A stretch of DNA of 62,938 nt, filler included, from Aduncisulcus paluster (taxonomy: Eukaryota): NCBI GenBank assembly GCA_024181965.1. It is 6 parts of 6 records of this genome, joined end to end, with 100 filler letters (N's around TTAATTAATTAA, not from the genome) between each part and the next. Parts side by side here need not be neighbours in the genome. Positions count along the whole stretch, not along the records: positions 50,576 to 58,412 come from BQXS01011088.1; positions 58,513 to 62,938 come from BQXS01011089.1; 4 more parts are not named here. One strand, given 5' to 3'. The notes below the pieces were generated by a model. The model did not search any database. It was not told the origin of the DNA and was given only the letters and a program-made list of their open reading frames with translations. A program made the translations under genes and the position numbers. Each line of letters starts with the position of its first letter. Position 1 is the stretch's first letter. This document shows positions 57,201 to 62,938 of this stretch, piece after piece.

Positions 57201-58366
57201 TCACCCATTCTTTCTTAGCAATTCACTATACTTCTCTTGTAATTCTTTGCTTTTTTCAACATAAGTATCAAGACTTATATCTCCTATTGCGTATTTCTTT
57301 CGTAATTTTGTTAAATTCCCCCTTATCTCACTGAGACCTACTAGAGGAGAAGGAGTAACAACAATTGATTTAGAAGTGCCCCCAATTTGTCCAACATATT
57401 TTTCAACCTCTGAATCAATTTCAATTGGATTAATGCGTGAAGATAACGATTGGAATGAAGATGATTGGAGAGATACATCTTCAATTTCAACTCCCGAAAT
57501 AGCATCATCTTGAGAAGAAGCTGGATGCTGATGATTAGCTGAGCGTTGAAGTTGACGTTGAAGTTGAATTTTAGACCTTGAAGATGCTGAAGACACCGCA
57601 GATGATGGATTTTTTGGACGTACCGATTTGTCTCTCTCTCTTTCTTCTTCAAGAACTGTCTCTGTCAATCGATCCATTCGATCGAAAGCGGTTTGATATG
57701 ATTTACAATACTGGTCTATAAATAGATCATCTCGAGTCTCTCTCTCTCTCTGAGAAAGTTGTCTCTCTCTCTGAGAAAGTTGTCCCTCAATAGGTATACC
57801 ATCTTGTTGGTGTTGTATGATAAGAGAAGCTGGTTGTTGAAGAGAAGATAGTGGTATAGTACAGTGCTTTGTGGTGCATGAAGGACCTTCAATTTCATTT
57901 CCTTTGCCTTGAGTATCAGTTAATCTATTATCAAAACCGTCAAATATACCGTCGAATCTACCGTCCAACCTACCGTCAAATCTTCTATCAATTCCACCGT
58001 CAATTCTATCGCCAATTCTACCGCCAATTCTACCGTCTAGGGTATTTTGAGAAAGTGTTGTTTGATGATGTTGAAGTGGCTGAGAAGAAGTTGTATAATG
58101 GTGGTGATACTCAATAATCTTTGTAGGAAGAGCACAAGAAGAAGAGGAAGAGGAAGAGGAAGAAGAAGAGGAAGAAGAGGAGGAAGAAGGTAATTGCTTT
58201 GTTGCTTGCTTCTCCTGTCTGTCATTATCCTTTCTTTTCTCCTCTTCTTCTTCTTTTTTCACAGCTTTTCTCGTGACCTTGGCCTCTTCTTCAATATCCT
58301 CTCTCTCTTCTCTTCCTTCTCTCTCTTCTCTCTCTTCTCTCTCTTCTCTCTCTTCCTCTTCTTTTC
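57201..58366 (-). CDS. Low-complexity hypothetical protein, probably 5'-partial
   Basis: EKR repeats, poly-Ser and (G/D)GR(I/F/L) tetrapeptide repeats. No upstream ATG; an in-frame stop near 58368 lies in a purine repeat, so an indel is likely. Confidence 0.5.
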
Positions 58367-58412
58367 TTATCTGACCTTTTCCCAGTGGTCCAATTTGACG
58401 TAATATTCGACT

Positions 58413-58512
58413 NNNNNNNNNNNNNNNNNNNNNNNNNNNNNNNNNNNNNNNNNNNNTTAATTAATTAANNNNNNNNNNNNNNNNNNNNNNNNNNNNNNNN
58501 NNNNNNNNNNNN
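58413..58512. other. Artificial contig linker
   Basis: N44-TTAATTAATTAA-N44. Confidence 0.99.
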
Positions 58513-58513
58513 T

Positions 58514-58600
58514 GATGATGTGCGATCCATCAGTTCTGCATGTCAGAGTAAGAAGCCACAGCATCGACCCACAGCAGCGGATCTGTTGGCGAAGATGTGA
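58514..58600 (+). CDS. C-terminal fragment of a protein kinase (subdomain XI)
   Basis: DDVRSISSACQSKKPQHRPTAADLLAKM* matches the C..xxP..RPTA..LL pattern. Lies at the contig start. Confidence 0.65.
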   Translation, partial: DDVRSISSACQSKKPQHRPTAADLLAKM

Positions 58601-59311
58601 GGTATGGAATGAAGAGGTATGAAATGGTGATATATTGAGGATATGAAATGATATTATTGATTGAGATTTGAGCCTAACTCAAATGTAGTATTGATTGCGT
58701 TCTATTTTCAGATGTTCTATTTTGAGATACATGATTCATTTCTGAGCGTGTATTTTTTATGATTTGTTGTTTTTCATCGTATATTTCATGGTTGTTTGCT
58801 TGTTTTTATTGTTATTGTTTATGGTTGTTCATTCTTGTTCATCTTTTCCTCCTTGTTCTCCGTTTTTGAAATCTGTTCTCGTGTTGATAATGTTGCTCTA
58901 TTGTTGTCGTTGTGAGTCTTTTGTGAGTTCACTCAGTTAACACCAACACAATCCCTGATCCAGTTATTTCTGTGGTCTTTCTGAAAGAGTAAACAACCAT
59001 CTTGCAAGTTGTCAACTTCACAAACACCCATTCATAACAGTTTATTGATCAGAGACCTGAAACCAACAATATGGGAAGGAGATGAAAATGCATCATCCCA
59101 TTCTCGTGCTCGGAAGGCTTCGAAGTGTGAATCTCTTTGTTGTTTCTCTTTCTCCAACTCTCGACGAATCTCAAGTTTCTGTTTTGTTTTCTTCCCTTAC
59201 GATGGAAATCAAAGACAAAGAACCAATAACACAAAGAAATGTCTAATATAATAAGAATATTTCCAAAAACTTGGTTATTTCGATCATTTTAGGCAAAAAT
59301 ACAAACATGAT

Positions 59312-59340
59312 TTCTATTTTTAGAAATTCTATTTTTAGAA
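59312..59340 (-). promoter_or_regulatory. Tandem TTCTAAAAATAGAA x2 element (reverse orientation)
   Basis: Plus strand reads TTCTATTTTTAGAAATTCTATTTTTAGAA. The flanks are only weakly similar to the other copies. Confidence 0.5.
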
Positions 59341-59643
59341 CACACAAAATTGAAAATGTCCTAAAATCGAATATTACCAATATTAACTTCCATAAAAATG
59401 TATTGATTGTTTAGTATTTTTTAAAATATTATCTTCTTTTCTCTCATTTTAATGGCTATTTCCTCTGACATTGTAACAGAAGTGTGGTAACCGGTTTGGC
59501 GTTATCAAATTTACTGAATAAATAATCCACGACAGAAGGAGTGGATGGTGCCAAAAATTACTGGCCAATTGATGAGATCTATTGCAAAAATTTGACCAAT
59601 GGGAACTTTACCCTTGTTCATGTCATTATATAAAGACAGAGAA

Positions 59644-62600
59644 TTATTTTACAAGTTCTTTAATCCATCCGTTATGGGTCAAAGGAATACTCTCCTCTCG
59701 TAATTGCTTTAAAACATAATTCCGCTTCAAAAATGGAGTTGTTCGAGTTCCTTCTTTCACTTGAACAGCCAATCGACAAAGATTTAGGAGCATTGGTTGC
59801 AACACGATCCCAGCAACGGAGATAGGAACAACGAAAGGCTGCAATAAAATATTAAAGTAAGCATCAAGAGAAAGTAATTCAATTCGAACCAAAAGCTCCC
59901 CGCATTCGCTACGTCTCTCTGATGAATCATACGAAAACACCTGTGAAGAAACTCTAAGAGGAGTGATGCATAAGACTGCAGAACATTGTTTAAATTCTGC
60001 AAGCATATCAATTGAGAACTCTGCTTCATTCCATACACATAAAATACTGTTATCTGTAAATAATTCAATGTTGTGTTTCAATTGTTTCAATTGCTGGTTT
60101 CGAATGGAAACAATAAGATCATGTTCATCTTCCGTCATTTCTTTCCTCAAAGTACTCATGACATGAGAGGAAGAATAACCTTGAGACTCAAGACTTTCCA
60201 GTTGACCAATCGAACTTGCTGAAGACGAGAGAGACGACGATAAAGATGCTGTTCCAGTTCCTGTTGTTTCCCACATTGACTCATTGAGTGGCTTGGACGT
60301 ATCACCAGCTTTAGAGCGAGATGGAGAGCCATGAGAAGAGACATCACCGCTAAGAACTTCAGATAACATGTTATCGACATCGGAACAAGTCAATAAATCC
60401 CCAACAGACGCATTCAAATGTGGAACAGGGAATACAATTGAAGGAGCAAGCGGCGCAGAACTTAAACCCGGAGAGCAGACGGAAGATACACAACCGTGAA
60501 CAACATCGTCGAAACTCTCAAGACCATGAAGAGGTCCCTTAAATGTCCTAGTATCAACGATAAAAGAGATTTGGGATAATAAATATAGATATTCTTGAGG
60601 AATATGTTGAGAAACAGAAGATATACTCTGAGATTCTTGACCATATCCTTGAGAAGAATAATCTGAGGAACTTATTGTAGTTGTCGTTCCAGTCGATGCA
60701 TGTGAATGAGTCGTGTAATTAGTAAATATTGATTTTAATATAGAATGGGATGAATATTCATGAGTTACATGGCCATTAAACACAAAGAATGGCACTCTAT
60801 AACTCTCTGAATGCACATTGCGCAATGAATTGAGTTTATGAACAGATGAAGAGTTGCAGGGAATGATATGAGTTAGCATTAAGTCAGGCGGTGGCAGAGA
60901 AGAAATAAATCCAAATTGGGTCAACAAAAGACGAGATACACGAAGCTTAGAAACAAGAGGAACAGGGTATTTCCCATGTTGATGCTCATCAGACTCCTGC
61001 TCACTCAGTTCTAGCCTTGTAGCATCACATGCATCTCCGACAATCCCACTCTCATCAGCAATCAAGGAGTCAGGGTGGTCTTGGGATTGAATCTGAGAGA
61101 TGTGAAGTCCAGATATCTCGTGATCAAGCTCATGCTCATCCTTAACGAGGGTAGAATTTCCTTGTTCCTGAGATGCACCAGTTTCCAAGGATTCTTTCTC
61201 TTTCTTACCCATCTTTGGCTCAGCATCAACATCTAGAATTGTGTCTGTTATTGTTAACGAACGGTCTCTTCCATCCTTTGCCTGCCTCTGATCTGATTTG
61301 ACAGTACCAGAAGAGGAACTGACTAAAACAGTGAATTTATCGACTTCACTCATTATGCTCTGTTCCTTTTCTCTCCATTCCTTTAAGAGTTTCCTCTCTT
61401 CCTTATCGGCTCTCTTACGGGCGATCCTCTCTTCTTTCATCTCATCTTTCTTTTTCCCTTTCTCTTCATCACGACACTGATCACGGGCAGCACACAGCAG
61501 ATCAGTAAGGTACGTGTCAACTCGGGGCATTGTGACATCTTTCTTCTTCTTATTCTGACTAGCCAAGGAGGGAGGCTGAGTGGTAGGCTGTTTGTGCTGT
61601 AAAACAGTAGTAGCATCATCAACATCACTGTGTGCTAGGTCTTTGAGTCGAGTGCTCTGAAGATCCATGCAAGAAGCTTCCAAGCCTTTCTCTTCCACTT
61701 CCCAACACCAAGTGCCAATTTCATTCATTACGATGCACTCACAAATACCATCTCCTTTTTCACGGAGCTCAAGAACACATTCTTCACTTACACTGAGTAA
61801 TAACGACTCACTCGCTTCCTCAATTGAGAGCGGAGGAACATATGAATCATAAAATCCAGTCACTGAGCGTATAACAGCTTCAGATCCCAATAAGGAATAA
61901 TCCTTTCCCTGAGTTGAATCAATACTTTCAGACGATCCTCCACTTTCAGCAGGGGAAAACTCTCCTCCATTCTTTTCCACTACACTAACAATATCATTTC
62001 CATTGATAGATTGTTTTATGTCGATCCATTTTGGGAGCTGAGACAGCCCACCACAAGAATATACACATCCATAAACACATTCACGACATTTCGAAGCCAT
62101 GGTGTCTAAAAATAGCAAAAGTTGACGATTTGCAGATTTTGATACAATTTCTTTATCACGCTTCAGAAGGGAAGGTGATAGAGAGAGATGGAACAAGGTA
62201 AGCAGAGGAGAATCAGAAGAAGCTGGGAATGATACAAATGACGTGAAACTTGATACAATGAGAGAATCAGTACCCTGGCCCGATCCTGACCATTTCTCTT
62301 TCCTCTGATGTTCGATCAGTGGGGAGGTGAAGAGAATGTTCCAGATATCACTTCCTCCCATGAATACGACGCATCTTGTGATGGCTTGGATACATAGGAG
62401 AGCAATGGATCTTCTGCAGACTATCAGTTCATCCGATTTCTTCCCGCTCATCATGATCGATATCGTCTCCACGCATGTCGATGCGAGAGAGACAATAACT
62501 CCATAGAAATAGGATAAGAATCGATTAATATATATCATGGCTGACCTAGTCTTTAAATTATACTGACGGGCATGGTCATAGCTCCAGTCCTCACCACTTT

Positions 62601-62937
62601 GAATGTGAAGCCTCTTCTTTCGTTGCAGATTAGCAATAAGGAGTCTCTTTCTCTTCACCTGACCTCCCAAACATGCACATATTCCTTCAATTGTATTTAG
62701 AGCAGAAACATAGGCACCAACCCTCATCGATTTAATGTCTGCCCTATTTGTAATGGGCACAGCAGTCGGAATCTGTGCTGGTGGCTGTGCTTGGGGATGT
62801 ATATCAGGAGAGAAGAGGGCAATAGAGGGGTACGAAGGACCTTTGAGGAAAGAAGACTCTGAATTTGGAACAGATGACTCCAGAGAGAGCGTGGAAGATG
62901 ATGGATGCGTTGAATAAGATTCTTCGTGAGATTGTTT
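59644..62937 (-). CDS. Rap/Ran-GAP-domain protein (RalGAP/TSC2-like), 5'-partial
   Basis: SRLLLTQFGF, YLYLLSQISFIVDTRTFKGPLHGL, DNSILCVWNE, AVLCITPL and PFLKR follow the Rap-GAP motif order. The frame is open to the window edge. Confidence 0.65.
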   Translation of the reverse strand, partial: KQSHEESYSTHPSSSTLSLESSVPNSESSFLKGPSYPSIALFSPDIHPQAQPPAQIPTAVPITNRADIKSMRVGAYVSALNTIEGICACLGGQVKRKRLLIANLQRKKRLHIQSGEDWSYDHARQYNLKTRSAMIYINRFLSYFYGVIVSLASTCVETISIMMSGKKSDELIVCRRSIALLCIQAITRCVVFMGGSDIWNILFTSPLIEHQRKEKWSGSGQGTDSLIVSSFTSFVSFPASSDSPLLTLFHLSLSPSLLKRDKEIVSKSANRQLLLFLDTMASKCRECVYGCVYSCGGLSQLPKWIDIKQSINGNDIVSVVEKNGGEFSPAESGGSSESIDSTQGKDYSLLGSEAVIRSVTGFYDSYVPPLSIEEASESLLLSVSEECVLELREKGDGICECIVMNEIGTWCWEVEEKGLEASCMDLQSTRLKDLAHSDVDDATTVLQHKQPTTQPPSLASQNKKKKDVTMPRVDTYLTDLLCAARDQCRDEEKGKKKDEMKEERIARKRADKEERKLLKEWREKEQSIMSEVDKFTVLVSSSSGTVKSDQRQAKDGRDRSLTITDTILDVDAEPKMGKKEKESLETGASQEQGNSTLVKDEHELDHEISGLHISQIQSQDHPDSLIADESGIVGDACDATRLELSEQESDEHQHGKYPVPLVSKLRVSRLLLTQFGFISSLPPPDLMLTHIIPCNSSSVHKLNSLRNVHSESYRVPFFVFNGHVTHEYSSHSILKSIFTNYTTHSHASTGTTTTISSSDYSSQGYGQESQSISSVSQHIPQEYLYLLSQISFIVDTRTFKGPLHGLESFDDVVHGCVSSVCSPGLSSAPLAPSIVFPVPHLNASVGDLLTCSDVDNMLSEVLSGDVSSHGSPSRSKAGDTSKPLNESMWETTGTGTASLSSSLSSSASSIGQLESLESQGYSSSHVMSTLRKEMTEDEHDLIVSIRNQQLKQLKHNIELFTDNSILCVWNEAEFSIDMLAEFKQCSAVLCITPLRVSSQVFSYDSSERRSECGELLVRIELLSLDAYFNILLQPFVVPISVAGIVLQPMLLNLCRLAVQVKEGTRTTPFLKRNYVLKQLREESIPLTHNGWIKELVK

Positions 62938-62938
62938 T

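Overview
This is eukaryotic nuclear DNA: AT-rich, gene-dense, standard genetic code, with short spliceosomal introns. The window is six separate contigs joined by an artificial 100-nt linker (N44-TTAATTAATTAA-N44), so adjacency only counts within 1-9586, 9687-37475, 37576-41567, 41668-50475, 50576-58412 and 58513-62938. Flagellar genes, a divergent annexin, BPI/LBP-like proteins and a thioredoxin with a hydrogenosome-type leader suggest an anaerobic flagellate. The repeat-domain family resembles, from memory and not from a search, the expanded hypothetical family of the fornicate Aduncisulcus paluster. Recognisable genes: annexin, two BPI/LBP-like proteins, a DUF62 SAM hydrolase/halogenase-family protein, tRNA-His, BRF1, CFAP206, RPB9, a GOS1-like SNARE, WD40 and ankyrin proteins, a PIN/AEC transporter, SRPRA, PSMA2, RRP45, ELF1, RUVBL1, thioredoxin, a kinase tail and a Rap-GAP-domain protein. 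Best leads: (1) a dispersed family built from a ~170-aa module with a DOC/APC10-like pattern, at four loci, each followed by a CTA(A/T)4TAG (MEF2-type) element, with one 5'-truncated relic and one copy carrying an insertion between 28-bp direct repeats; (2) a prokaryote-type DUF62 gene with Asp at the catalytic His position, lying between two BPI-like genes. Several duplications and frameshifts look like assembly artefacts.
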